Assembly (NCBI GenBank): GCA_016713305.1 | Contig: JADJPK010000007.1 | Coordinates: forward strand, 197,829 to 261,828 | Length of the DNA: 64,000 nt | Direction of reading: 5' to 3' | Source: Betaproteobacteria bacterium | Lineage (GTDB): Bacteria > Pseudomonadota > Gammaproteobacteria > Burkholderiales > Ga0077523 | Shown here: one piece after another, positions 23,248 through 34,057 of the stretch | Layout: every line of letters begins with the position of its first letter | Numbering within the stretch: the stretch's first letter is position 1 | Notes under the pieces: generated by a model | The model's database searches: none | Told to the model about the DNA's origin: nothing | What the model saw: the letters and a program-made list of their open reading frames with translations, nothing else | Made by a program: the position numbers and the translations under genes

Positions 23248-25500
23248 ATGAGCTTCGACATGGGGCAGTTCACGCAGGTGTTCTTCGACGAGGCCAAGGA
23301 GCACATCGCGACCATCGAGGAGGTCCTTCTCCGGCTCGACCTCGTCGAACCGGGTCTGGAAGATCTCAACGCGATCTTCCGCGCGGCGCACTCCATCAAG
23401 GGCGGGGCCGGCACGTTCGGGTTTGCCGACATGGCGGATTTCACCCACGTCGCGGAGACGCTCCTCGACAGGCTGCGCAAGCAGGAGCTGAAGCTGACCG
23501 CCGCCATGGTGGATGCGCTGCTCGAGTCGAACGATGTGATCAAGTCCATGCTGGAGGCGCACCAGAACGGGGGTGAGGCCGACGGTGCGATCGAGCAGGA
23601 AGTGCGAGGGCGCCTGGAAGCGCTGTCGTCCGGGGAAGCACCGAGCGCCGAGCCAGTACGGTCTTCGGGCGCCGTCGCCCGGCCGCGCGAAGCACGCCGT
23701 TTCGTGATCCGGTTTCCCCACGCCAACGTGAGCTCCGATCAGGCGCTCGCCAATCTCCTCGCCGAGCTGAGGGCCCTGGGCACTCTGCATGTGGTTGAAC
23801 AGCCCGCGCCCGGGCGTACTGAACCGGATGCACGCTGGGAACTGGTCCTCGACACCACTGCGGAGCGTGCCGAACTGGTGGATCTGTTCGATTTCGTCCT
23901 GTCGCCCTCGCGGCTGGAACTGGACGAAGTGGAAGCAGGCGCGGATATCCCCGGTGTGGCGCAGGCGGGTGATGAGGGCTTCGGCTTCTTCGAGGAAGCG
24001 GCAGGCGCTCCGCCGAAGGAAGAAGGTTTCGGCTTCTTCGACGATGCCGCCGGCGCACCCGTCCAGGAGGCCGGTTTCGGCTTCTTCGACAATGCACCGG
24101 GCACCGCGTCGCAGGCCGGGGATTCCGCGGAGCGAAACCAGCCTTTCGGTTTCTTCGACGGTGCGCCGGGCGAGCCGGGCACGTCGACGCAAGCGGAACC
24201 GGCGTCTTCGAACGCGGCCACTCCCGCGCGCCGGGCCACCGATGCCTCGGGCAAGTCCGACGCACCGGCGGGTCGACGCGCGACGGACAAGGCGGCCGCA
24301 GCGGCCGCCAGTGGCGACACCTCGATCCGCGTGAGCGTGGAAAAGGTCGACCAGCTCATCAATCTGGTGGGCGAGCTGGTGATCACCCAATCGATGCTCG
24401 CCCAGGCCGTGATGCGTGCCGACCTGGCGGTGGACGACACGCTCGTGAATGGCATCGCACAGCTGGAGCGCAACTCCCGCGATCTGCAGGAGGCGGTGAT
24501 GTCCATCCGCATGCTCCCGATCGCCTTCGTGTTCAGCCGCTTTCCGCGGCTGGTGCGCGACATCGCGGGCAAGCTCGGCAAGAACGTCGATCTCAAGCTG
24601 GTAGGCGAGCAGACGGAACTGGACAAGGGCGTGATCGAGAAGATCGCGGACCCCCTGACCCATCTGGTGCGCAACAGCCTGGACCACGGGCTGGAGAGCG
24701 CAGCCGACCGCGAGGCCGCCGGCAAGCCGGCCAAGGGGACCATCACGCTGCGGGCCTTCCATCAGGGCGGCAACATCGTCATCGAAGTGGCCGACGACGG
24801 CAGGGGGCTCGACCGGGAGAAGATTCTCGCCAAGGCCCGGTCGCGCGGCATGCCGGTGGACGATTCGATGAGCGATGCCGAGGTTTTCGGGCTCATCTTC
24901 GAGGCGGGCTTTTCCACGGCCGAACAGGTCACGGACATCTCCGGCCGCGGTGTCGGCATGGACGTCGTGCGCCGGAACATCATGGCACTCGGCGGACGTG
25001 TCGACATCGCGAGCCAGCTGGGCAAGGGCTGCACGGTGTCGATCCGGCTGCCGCTCACGCTGGCCATTCTCGATGGCATCTCGGTGGCCGTGGGAGATTC
25101 GCTGTACATCGTGCCGCTGGGATTCATCGTGGAGTCCCTGCAGCCGCAACAGACCGACATCCGGACCATCGCGGGCTCCGGACTCGTCATGCAGGTAAGG
25201 GGCGATTACCTCCCTGTCGTGAGGCTGCACGACGAGATGGGTGTCACGCCGAAGATCCGGGAATTCCACCGCGGCATCACTGTCATCATTGAATCCGACG
25301 GGGCAAGAGCAGCGATGTTCGTCGACGAACTGGTGGGGCAGCACCAGGTGGTCATCAAGAGTCTGGAGAGCAACTACCGCAAGGTGCCGGGGATCTCCGC
25401 CGCCACGATCATGGGAGACGGCAGGGTCGCGATGATCCTGGATGTCGCTCACATCGTGCGCAAGGCCACTTCGAAGAAGGAGTATCAGGAAGCCGCTTGA
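23248..25500 (+). CDS. cheA: Chemotaxis histidine kinase CheA
   Basis: 750 aa. Hpt/P1 ([16 protein letters not shown]), a P2-like segment, an acidic GFGFF repeat linker, P3 dimerisation domain, HATPase ([10 protein letters not shown]-boxes) and a CheW-like P5 domain. Confidence 0.95.
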   Translation: MSFDMGQFTQVFFDEAKEHIATIEEVLLRLDLVEPGLEDLNAIFRAAHSIKGGAGTFGFADMADFTHVAETLLDRLRKQELKLTAAMVDALLESNDVIKSMLEAHQNGGEADGAIEQEVRGRLEALSSGEAPSAEPVRSSGAVARPREARRFVIRFPHANVSSDQALANLLAELRALGTLHVVEQPAPGRTEPDARWELVLDTTAERAELVDLFDFVLSPSRLELDEVEAGADIPGVAQAGDEGFGFFEEAAGAPPKEEGFGFFDDAAGAPVQEAGFGFFDNAPGTASQAGDSAERNQPFGFFDGAPGEPGTSTQAEPASSNAATPARRATDASGKSDAPAGRRATDKAAAAAASGDTSIRVSVEKVDQLINLVGELVITQSMLAQAVMRADLAVDDTLVNGIAQLERNSRDLQEAVMSIRMLPIAFVFSRFPRLVRDIAGKLGKNVDLKLVGEQTELDKGVIEKIADPLTHLVRNSLDHGLESAADREAAGKPAKGTITLRAFHQGGNIVIEVADDGRGLDREKILAKARSRGMPVDDSMSDAEVFGLIFEAGFSTAEQVTDISGRGVGMDVVRRNIMALGGRVDIASQLGKGCTVSIRLPLTLAILDGISVAVGDSLYIVPLGFIVESLQPQQTDIRTIAGSGLVMQVRGDYLPVVRLHDEMGVTPKIREFHRGITVIIESDGARAAMFVDELVGQHQVVIKSLESNYRKVPGISAATIMGDGRVAMILDVAHIVRKATSKKEYQEAA

Positions 25501-25603
25501 GCGGTGTCATAGCAGCCGGGGTCTGGAACCGGGAGACGGCACCGACACGGTGCGGCCACCCGGCACACGTCGAAGCGACGAACGTCATGAGAGGGCAACG
25601 TCG

Positions 25604-27995
25604 ATGAAAGCACTGAGTATCAAAGTGCGGTTTGCAGTGGCAGGGCTGGTCATGCTTGCGGGCATGAGCGCGATCGGGGTGCTGGGCTTGCAGGGCATGT
25701 TCAGCGCAAAGGAAGGATTGCGGACGGTCTACGAGGACCGGGTGGTTCCCCTGAAACAGCTGAAGCATGTCGCGGATGCCTACGCCGTCAGCGTGATCGA
25801 CGCCGTGAACAAGGCCAACGCCGGTCTTGCCAGTGCCGAGGAAACCCTCAAGGCTGTCGATACCGCCCAGACCGACATCAAGCGGGAATGGGGACAGTAC
25901 GCTGCGACGTTCATGACTCCCGACGAGAAGAAGCTGGCCGGGGAAGTGAACGCGACCATGGCGGTGGCCGATGCCTCGGTGCTTGAACTGGAGAAGTTCC
26001 TCCAAGGCAAGACCGGATCGCTCAAGGGAGCGCTCGGTGCCTTCGATGGTCCGCTCTATGCCACGGTCGATCCGGTAGGCGGAAAGATCAGTGACCTGGT
26101 GGAACTGCAACTGCGGGTCGCACAGGAGAATTACAGCGCGGCTGTAGCCGACTACGGCCACAAGCGCACGGTCGTGATCGCGATCGGTGGGGTGGTGGCG
26201 GTCCTGGCGGTCGTCATCGGATTCTTCCTGTACCGGAACATCGTACCGCCCATTGTGCGGCTGGCCGGTCAGATGCGCGAGATCACGGCTGGGAACACCG
26301 AACTGGAGGTGGACAGCGACCGCCGGGATGAGCTCGGTGAGGTCGTGAGCGCCTTCCGGGATCTGTTCGGCAAGGTGCGCAGCGATCTCGCGGAAGCGCA
26401 GCAGCGTGCGACGGTGAACGAACGCATTCGCCAGGCACTGGACAGCGCCAGCACCAACGTGATGGTGGCCGACACGGACGGCAAGATCGTGTTCATGAAC
26501 AAGTCCGTCACGGAGATGCTCGGCCGCAACGAAGCGGAGCTCAGGACGCAACTGCCCGGGTTCAGCGTGAACGCAGCCCTGGGCGCCAACTTCGATGCGT
26601 TCCATCGGAATCCTTCCCACCAGCGCAACCTGCTCGCCGCGCTGCAGACGACGCACCGCACGCAGATCAAGGTGGGACCGCTCACCTTCGCGCTTACCGC
26701 CAATCCCATCGTGGATGGCGAAGGCAGGCGCATCGGAACGGTCGTGGAGTGGAACGACCGGACCATGGAAGTACGGGTCGAAGAAGAGATCGGTCGCGTC
26801 GTGTCGGCGGCAGCATCCGGTGACTATTCGCAGCGGGTTCCCGAAGACGGAAAGAGCGGTTTCTTCCTGCAGATGGCGCAGGGACTCAACCGGATCGTGG
26901 GTGTCTCGGAAAGCGGCATCGGCGAGGTGGGCCGGGTGTCGAGAGCCGTTGCCTCCGGCGATCTCACGCAGAAGGTCACCGGAGACTTCGACGGGCAGTT
27001 CGCGGAGCTGCAGGCGGATTCCAACGCGACGAACGAGCGTCTGCGGGAGGTGATTGGTCAGATCCGGGAGTCTGTGGAGTCGATCACGACGGCGTCGAAG
27101 GAGATAGCGGCTGGGAACACGGACCTGTCTGGGCGGACGGAGGAGCAGGCGTCGAGTCTGGAGGAGACGGCGAGCTCGATGGAGGAGTTGACGTCGACGG
27201 TGAAGCAGAACGCGGAGAACGCGCGTCAGGCGAACCAGTTGGCGATCGGTGCCTCGGACGTTGCGGTGCGTGGTGGGGATGTGGTGAGGGAAGTGGTGCA
27301 GACGATGGGAGGGATCAGCGAGAGCAGCAAGAAGATTGCGGACATCATCTCGGTGATCGACGGGATTGCGTTCCAGACGAACATTCTGGCGCTGAACGCG
27401 GCGGTGGAAGCGGCGAGGGCAGGGGAACAGGGACGAGGTTTGCGGTGGTGGCGACGGAGGTGAGGAATCTGGCGCAGAGGAGTGCGGGGGCGGCGAAGGA
27501 GATCAGGGAGCTGATCTCGGACTCGGTGGGGAAGGTGGAGTCGGGAGCCGGCTGGTGGACGAGGCGGGGAGGACGATGGAAGAGATCGTGGTGTCGGTGA
27601 AGAGGGTGACGGACATCATGGCGGAGATCACGGCGGCGTCGGTGGAGCAGAGTGCGGGGATCGAGCAGGTGAACCAGGCGATCACGCAGATGGACGAGGT
27701 GACGCAGCAGAATGCGGCGCTGGTGGAGCAGGCGGCGGCGGCGGCGGAGAGTCTGGAGGAACAGGCGCAGATGCTGTCGCAGGCGGTGTCGGTGTTCAAG
27801 CTGGGACAGGAGGCGGAGGGGTGGGACGGGAAGGCGGAGCGGCGCGGGCCGGACCGTGCGAAGAACGTGGCGCGGCTGCCGAAAGCGGAAGGAGCGAAAG
27901 GGGCGAAGCCGGCGGCCAAGCCGAAGTCGCTGGGTGCTCCGGCGGCGAAGGTGGTGGGTGGAGATGCGGCGACCGACGAGTGGCAAGAGTTCTGA
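25604..27995 (+). CDS. MCP 'A': 4-helix-bundle (TarH-like) periplasmic sensor, HAMP, PAS, MA domain, C-terminal EWQEF; frame-disrupted as assembled (2 shifts)
   Basis: Start ATG 25604 ([29 protein letters not shown]), inside ORF 25442..27463. The protein continues through a short middle frame into ORF 27555..27995. Compared with paralog copies, single Gs are missing at 27437-27438 (GGG->GG) and 27543-27545 (GGGG->GGG). Confidence 0.88.
27035..27995 (+). repeat. MCP signalling-domain DNA cassette, copy A (long form including linker, EWQEF and stop)
   Basis: Near-identical at the DNA level to 33096..34057. The central part also matches 30235..30974 and 35333..36025. Confidence 0.9.
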
Positions 27996-28045
27996 TGCCC
28001 AGGGCGGAGCACACCCTGTAAACCTGCTGCAACCGCCCGACCCGC

Positions 28046-28068
28046 GATGCCGGACACTGTCCGGCATC
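28046..28068 (+). terminator. Hairpin after MCP A (possible weak terminator)
   Basis: GATGCCGGA-cactg-TCCGGCATC is a perfect 9-bp stem. The following T tract is poor (GCCGTTTCC). Confidence 0.3.
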
Positions 28069-28240
28069 GCCGTTTCCGGAGCCGGGAAGTCCGGTACCGG
28101 ACTTCCGGCGCATGTCGGGCGGGGGCGGCCTGCCCCCGCAATCCGGGCCCTTCTCGCGTGTCGTGCATTCCCTGCAAAGGGCGACGATCCGACTTCCATC
28201 CGCCCGGCTGCATGGCCGGTTCTGACGTAGCACAAAGCCC

Positions 28241-28267
28241 TCAAGTCCGGTCTCCAGCATCCGTGAA
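28241..28267 (+). promoter_or_regulatory. Candidate sigma-28 promoter TCAA-N15-TCCGTGAA
   Basis: Exact 15-nt spacer and 5/8 match in the -10 element. The same TCAAG/TCCGT variant occurs at 21530. The -10 overlaps ATG 28267, which favours the downstream TTG 28336 start for MCP B. Confidence 0.35.
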
Positions 28268-28335
28268 TGGTCAAGTACGAACGTGGGGCGCAGGGTCATC
28301 CCGTTCGTCAAGACGCAAACTACAAGGAATGCAAA

Positions 28336-31149
28336 TTGAAGTTGTTCCAGAAACTGAGCAATGCAGGTGTCGGGTTCAAGCTGACGGGCGTGGCCGTCAT
28401 CGCCGTGGGCGTGGTCATGGGATCGCTCGCGTGGCTGATCGGGAATTCGGCGCGCGATGCCATGGACGAGGGGGCGCTCGAGCGCCTCAAGATCGAACTC
28501 AACATGACGGTCGATCTGCTCTCCAACTATGGCGAGCGCCTGGACACCGAGGCAGAGCACCTCATGTCGGTGATCAGATCCCAATATTCCGGCAGCTTCT
28601 CGGCGGACTTGCGTCATCCAGCGGCCGTGGGCGGCCGGTCCGTCCCCGCATTGGTCAATGGCGGGCGGGTGCTGAACGGAGAACACCGCAATCTGGATAC
28701 GCTCCGCGACACGACCCACGCCGTCGCAACGCTCTTCGTTCACGACGGCCAGGACTTCGTGCGGGTGGCGACCTCCCTGCGCGACAAGGAAGGCAACCGG
28801 GTTTCCGGAACGCCGCTGGACCGCAACAGCCCTGCCTACGCCGCGCTGTCGGCCGGGCAGTCCTTCCGTGGCCATGCCGAACTGTTCGGCCGCGAGTACG
28901 TCACCCGCTACGAGCCGCTCAAGTCGGCTGACGGCCGCATTGCAGGCGCCTTGTTCGTGGGACTCGACATCAGTGACGAACTGGCCGCGGTGAAGAAGCG
29001 CATCCGCAGCGTGAAGGTCGGCGAGACCGGCTACATCTATGCGCTGGATGCATCGCCCGGACCGCACTACGGTTTTGCGACGATCCATCCGGCCAAGGAA
29101 GGCCTGAGCCTGCTTGCGGCCAAGGATGCGAATGGCCACGAATTCATCAAGGAGATCGTGGAGAAGCGCGAAGGCGTCATCCACTATCCCTGGTTCAATC
29201 CGGAACTGGGCGACAAGGCGCCGCGCGACAAGATCGTCGTGTACGGGCCCGTGAAGTCGTGGAACTGGGTGGTCGGGGTGGGCAGCTACTCGGACGAGTT
29301 CTCCCGGAGCGCCTCGATGCTTCGCAACCGTGTCTTCATGGTGGCGGGCGCCGGACTCGTCCTGCTGGGCCTGGCACTGTTCTTCGCCATCCGGCAGGTG
29401 ATCGTCAAGCCTCTGGGCAAGGCCGTGGCGGCGGCGGAAGAGATCGCCGGCGGCAATCTCAATCACGAGGTGGAAAGCGACAGCCGAGACGAAGTGGGGT
29501 CCCTGCTGACGGCATTGAACGACATGCGGGTGAAGCTCCTCGAGCGCATCGAAGCCGATCAGCGCGTTTCACGAGAGGCCCTCAGGGTGAAGGTCGCGCT
29601 CGATGGTTCCGCCACGCCGGTCCGCATCGCGGACAACGAGGGCACGCTGCTGTACATCAACGAGGCGATGCGCCGGACGCTCAAGCAGATCGAGCCCGAG
29701 ATGCGCCGGAAGCACCCCGATTTCTCCGCCGAGACACTCGTGGGCAAGAGCGTCGGCGTGTTCTACGACGATCCGAAGGCGGCGTTGGCCCGCCTGGCCA
29801 GTCTCAGCGGTCTCGTCCGTACGGACATGGTCATCGGCGGCCGGGATTTCGAGATCACCACGACACCGATCATGGACGCGAACGGAGTGCGTCTGGGCAG
29901 CGTCGGAGAATGGTCGGACCGCACGGACCAGCGACGTGCGGAACGGGAGATCCAGAGTTCGGTGCAGGCCGCTGCAGGGGGAGACTTCTCCCGCCTGGTA
30001 CCTCTCGACGACAAACAGGGCTTCCTGCGGCAGATGGCCGAGGGGCTCAACCAGATCATGCAGTCCTGCGATACCAATCTTGCGGGCGTCGCGACGGTGC
30101 TCGACGGCCTCGCCGGGGGCGATCTCACCAAGCGTGTCGATGGCGCGTTCGAGGGACGCTTCGCCAGTCTCCAGGAGGACACCAACGTCTCGATGGATCG
30201 GCTCGGCGAAGTCGTGAGCCAGATCCGCGATTCGGTGGAGTCGATCACGACGGCGTCGAAGGAGATAGCGGCTGGGAACACGGACCTGTCTGGGCGGACG
30301 GAGGAGCAGGCGTCGAGTCTGGAGGAGACGGCGAGTTCGATGGAGGAGCTGACGTCGACGGTGAAGCAGAACGCGGACAACGCGCGTCAGGCGAACCAGT
30401 TGGTGGTGGGGGGCGTCGGAAGTGGCGCAGCGTGGTGGGGATGTGGTGAGGAAGTGGTGCAGACGATGGGAGGGATCAGCGAGAGCAGCAAGAAGATTGC
30501 GGACATCATCTCGGTGATCGACGGGATTGCGTTCCAGACGAACATTCTGGCGCTGAACGCGGCGGTGGAAGCGGCGAGGGCAGGGGAACAGGGACGAGGG
30601 TTTGCGGTGGTGGCGACGGAGGTGAGGAATCTGGCGCAGAGGGAGTGCAGGGGCGGCGAAGGAGATCAAGGAGCTGATCTCGGACTCGGTGGGGAAGGTG
30701 GAATCAGGGAGCCGGCTGGTGGACGAGGCGGGGAGGCGATGGAAGAGATCGTGGTGTCGGTGAAGAGGGTGACGGACATCATGGCGGAGATCACGGCGGC
30801 GTCGGTGGAGCAGAGTGCGGGGATCGAGCAGGTGAACCAGGCGATCACGCAGATGGACGAGGTGACGCAGCAGAATGCGGCGCTGGTGGAGCAGGCGGCG
30901 GCGGCGGCGGAGAGTCTGGAGGAACAGGCGCAGATGCTGTCGCAGGCGGTGTCGGTGTTCAAGCTGGGACAGGAAGGGGAAGGTCGGGACGGGAGCGCGC
31001 AACGGCGTGGGCCGGAGCGTTCCACGAATGTCGCGAGGTTGCCCAAAGCCGAAAAGGTCAAACCCGCCAGACCCGCCGCACTCAGCGCGCCGAAATCCCG
31101 GGTGGTCAATGCGAGGTCGGGATCGGACGAGGAATGGGAAGAGTTCTGA
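28336..31149 (+). CDS. MCP 'B': Cache_3-Cache_2-like periplasmic sensor, HAMP, PAS, MA domain, C-terminal EWEEF; contains two compensated frameshift pairs
   Basis: ORF 28267..31149 (960 aa). Likely TTG start at 28336 ([27 protein letters not shown]), with AAGGA upstream. Cache motifs: [52 protein letters not shown]. Two segments, 30413-30450 and 30643-30737, translate to nonsense relative to the paralogs. Confidence 0.88.
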   Translation: MKLFQKLSNAGVGFKLTGVAVIAVGVVMGSLAWLIGNSARDAMDEGALERLKIELNMTVDLLSNYGERLDTEAEHLMSVIRSQYSGSFSADLRHPAAVGGRSVPALVNGGRVLNGEHRNLDTLRDTTHAVATLFVHDGQDFVRVATSLRDKEGNRVSGTPLDRNSPAYAALSAGQSFRGHAELFGREYVTRYEPLKSADGRIAGALFVGLDISDELAAVKKRIRSVKVGETGYIYALDASPGPHYGFATIHPAKEGLSLLAAKDANGHEFIKEIVEKREGVIHYPWFNPELGDKAPRDKIVVYGPVKSWNWVVGVGSYSDEFSRSASMLRNRVFMVAGAGLVLLGLALFFAIRQVIVKPLGKAVAAAEEIAGGNLNHEVESDSRDEVGSLLTALNDMRVKLLERIEADQRVSREALRVKVALDGSATPVRIADNEGTLLYINEAMRRTLKQIEPEMRRKHPDFSAETLVGKSVGVFYDDPKAALARLASLSGLVRTDMVIGGRDFEITTTPIMDANGVRLGSVGEWSDRTDQRRAEREIQSSVQAAAGGDFSRLVPLDDKQGFLRQMAEGLNQIMQSCDTNLAGVATVLDGLAGGDLTKRVDGAFEGRFASLQEDTNVSMDRLGEVVSQIRDSVESITTASKEIAAGNTDLSGRTEEQASSLEETASSMEELTSTVKQNADNARQANQLVVGGVGSGAAWWGCGEEVVQTMGGISESSKKIADIISVIDGIAFQTNILALNAAVEAARAGEQGRGFAVVATEVRNLAQRECRGGEGDQGADLGLGGEGGIREPAGGRGGEAMEEIVVSVKRVTDIMAEITAASVEQSAGIEQVNQAITQMDEVTQQNAALVEQAAAAAESLEEQAQMLSQAVSVFKLGQEGEGRDGSAQRRGPERSTNVARLPKAEKVKPARPAALSAPKSRVVNARSGSDEEWEEF
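30235..30974 (+). repeat. MCP signalling-domain DNA cassette, copy B
   Basis: Identity starts at GTGGAGTCGATCACGACGGCG and ends at AAGCTGGGACAGGA. Confidence 0.9.
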
Positions 31150-31247
31150 TGCTCCAACCGTGCGGCAGTCGGAGGAGAAGCATATTCCGGTGACGAGCGA
31201 TCCTCCGCGGCAGTCACGCCAGGCACGATGAACGCGCATTGCCCCGA

Positions 31248-31285
31248 ACGGCGGCCTCGAACAGAGAGCCGCCGTCTTTCATTCT
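31248..31285 (+). terminator. Rho-independent terminator candidate after MCP B
   Basis: ACGGCGGC-(12-nt loop)-GCCGCCGT followed by the T-rich CTTTCATTCT. Confidence 0.45.
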
Positions 31286-31368
31286 GTCGCGCGGGAACGC
31301 GAACCGGTGGCAGACCGATGGAAAGGCCGCCTGCGGCAGTGGGTATGAGAAATTTCTCAGTACCTGCA

Positions 31369-31395
31369 TAAAGTCGCAGAGGTACCGGCCGTAAT
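31369..31395 (+). promoter_or_regulatory. Candidate sigma-28 promoter TAAAGT-N-GCCGTAAT
   Basis: TAAA-N15-GCCGTAAT. The -35 region TAAAGT matches the consensus TAAAGTTT at 6/8, and the -10 matches 5/8. It ends 81 nt upstream of ATG 31476. Confidence 0.45.
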
Positions 31396-31475
31396 GCCGC
31401 GAAGAAGGGCCGAACTGTCTTCACGAATCGGGTTGCGGCCCCGATGCTGTCCCCTCTTCGTACAAAGGATTTCGC

Positions 31476-34057
31476 ATGACCCGCCTCTTGAACAGGCTTT
31501 CCCTCCGAGCCAAATTCGTGGTGATCGGCGTCGTGGCCTCCGCCGCCATGCTCACCGCACTGGGCTTCCTGCTCAGCACCCTGCAGGAGTCCATCGCGTT
31601 CTCGGCCAAGGAAAGGCTCGGTATCGAATACCACAAGCCCCTGCGGCATCTCCTCGAGAAGATCGCCGTGGCCCAGGGTGACCCCGCGGCCCGGGAGGCA
31701 GTCAAGCCTGCCATCGCAGCCGTGGATGCGGTCCACGAAAGACTCGGGGGCACGCTGGACATCGGCGATCGGTGGAAGAACGTCAAGACGCAATGGGACA
31801 GCGTTGTGTCCGCGGACGCATCTGCCGATCTCAAGCCGGTGGCCACGGCAGTCGCAGCGCTCATGGACCATGTCGGCAACACGTCGAACCTCATTCTCGA
31901 TCCGGACCTGGACTCGTTCTACCTGATGGATATCGCGGTGGCGCGCATACCGCACGCGGTGGAGAAGCTCCTCTTGCTGCGCGACGGCGGTGGTGAAGTC
32001 GTGGCGGCCCGCAAGATGACGGGTGAACAACGGACGCTGCTTTCGACCACGGCAGGTGTGGCGGTCGGCTTTCGCGAAGCGATCCAGGCGTCCCTCGACA
32101 CGGCGGTCGGAAACAACGGAACGCTTGCGGGGCTGCGCGCGAAGCATGACGACCTTGCCCGGGCGACCGACACGTTCTTCGGTCTGGTTCAGAAGGATCT
32201 GCTGAGCGCGGAACGTCTGGAGCTGGCACCGGCACGCTATTCGGAAGCTGCCCATGGGGCGATCGCCACGAACTTCGCCTTCTACGACGCGGTGGCCCCG
32301 GGATTGGACGGCCTGCTCGAGGCCCGGGTCGCGAAGCTTTCGTGGAAGAGAAACCTGCTTGCGGGAATCGTGCTCGCGCTGATGGCGTTCGCCGGATTCC
32401 TCGCGCGCGTCGTTCTCAACGATATCCTGAGAAATGCCGCAAAGGCGGCCGATGCTGCCGACCGGTTGTCCCGTGGAGACATGGAGTTCGACGTTGCGGC
32501 CAATACCCGAGACGAACTGGGCGCGATGCTGAACTCCATGGCCGCGATGAAGCGGACGGTTCAGCGTTACGTCGATGGACAGATCGAACTGGGCCGTCAG
32601 CACGAGGCAGGGATGATCGCCTACCGGCTCGATCCTCAGGAATTCGAGGGTGCGTACCGTGACATGGCAACCCGCACCAACGCAGCGGTCCAGACGCACA
32701 TCGAAGTGACCCGGCAACTGGTCGCCGTTCTGGACAAGTACGCCCACGGTGACTTCCATGTCGACATGACTCCCCTTCCCGGCGAACTGGGCGCCGTCTC
32801 CGAAGCTGCGGCACGCGCCAAGCGCAACATGGTCGACATCAGCGGGGAGATTCAGACGCTGGCGGACGCGGCGGGGCGCGGCGAGTTCCAGGTGCGCGGT
32901 GATACCGGGCGCTATCACGGTACCTATCGCCAGATGGTCGAGGGGATGAACCGCTTGATGGAGACGGCCGATCGCGGTGTGACGGAGGTCGGGCGCGCGC
33001 TGCAGCAGCTCGCCCGGGCGGATCTGTCCCATTCGGTGTCCGGGGATTTCCAGGGCCAGTTCCGGCAGCTTCAAGACGATGCGAACCAGTCGACGGAGCG
33101 TCTGCGGGAGGTGATTGGTCAGATCCGGGAGTCTGTGGAGTCGATCACGACGGCGTCGAAGGAGATAGCGGCTGGGAACACGGACCTGTCTGGGCGGACG
33201 GAGGAGCAGGCGTCGAGTCTGGAGGAGACGGCGAGCTCGATGGAGGAGCTGACGTCGACGGTGAAGCAGAACGCGGACAACGCGCGTCAGGCGAATCAGC
33301 TGGTGGTGGGGGCGTCGGAAGTGGCGCAGCGGGGTGGGGATGTGGTGAGGGAAGTGGTGCAGACGATGGGGGGATCAGCGAGAGCAGCAAGAAGATCGCG
33401 GACATCATCGGGGTGATCGACGGGATTGCGTTCCAGACGAACATCCTGGCGCTGAACGCGGCGGTGGAAGCGGCGCGTGCAGGCGAGCAGGGACGAGGGT
33501 TTGCGGTGGTGGCGACGGAGGTGAGGAATCTGGCGCAGAGGAGTGCAGGGGCGGCGAAGGAGATCAAGGAGCTGATCTCGGACTCGGTGGGGAAGGTGGA
33601 GTCGGGGAGCCGGCTGGTGGACGAGGCGGGGAGGACGATGGAAGAGATCGTGGTGTCGGTGAAGAGGGTGACGGACATCATGGCGGAGATCACGGCGGCG
33701 TCGGTGGAGCAGAGTGCGGGGATCGAGCAGGTGAACCAGGCGATCACGCAGATGGACGAGGTGACGCAGCAGAATGCGGCGCTGGTGGAGCAGGCGGCGG
33801 CGGCGGCGGAGAGTCTGGAGGAACAGGCGCAGATGCTGTCGCAGGCGGTGTCGGTGTTCAAGCTGGGACAGGAGGCGGAGGGGTGGGACGGGAAGGCGGA
33901 GCGGCGCGGGCCGGACCGTGCGAAGAACGTGGCGCGGCTGCCGAAGGCGGAAGGAGCGAAAGGGGCGAAGCCGGCGGCCAAGCCGAAGTCGCTGGGTGCT
34001 CCGGCGGCGAAGGTGGTGGGTGGAGATGCGGCGACCGACGAGTGGCAAGAGTTCTGA
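31476..34057 (+). CDS. MCP 'D': unclassified helical periplasmic sensor, HAMP region(s), MA domain, C-terminal EWQEF; frame-disrupted as assembled (1 shift)
   Basis: ORF 31476..33416 ([33 protein letters not shown]..) joins ORF 33413..34057. One base is lost at 33368-33373 (ATGGGAGGGATC in the paralogs versus ATGGGGGGATC here). Confidence 0.88.
33096..34057 (+). repeat. MCP signalling-domain DNA cassette, copy D (long form)
   Basis: Identity with copy A starts at GAGCGTCTGCGGGAGGTGATTGG and runs to the stop codon. The copies diverge within a few nt after TGA. Confidence 0.9.

Noticed and set aside
23218-25452. Very long antisense or alternative-frame ORFs. Examples: 23218..25452(-) opposite cheA, 30666..33074(-), 19051..21018(-), 42751..44274(-), 44364..46466(-), 6870..8051(+), 2079..3197(-), 27796..29466(-) and 59907..61412(-).
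   Set aside because: All overlap well-supported genes on the other strand or frame. They have Arg/His/Pro/Gly-dominated, motif-free translations and lack RBS or start context. They are high-GC shadow ORFs, not overlapping genes.
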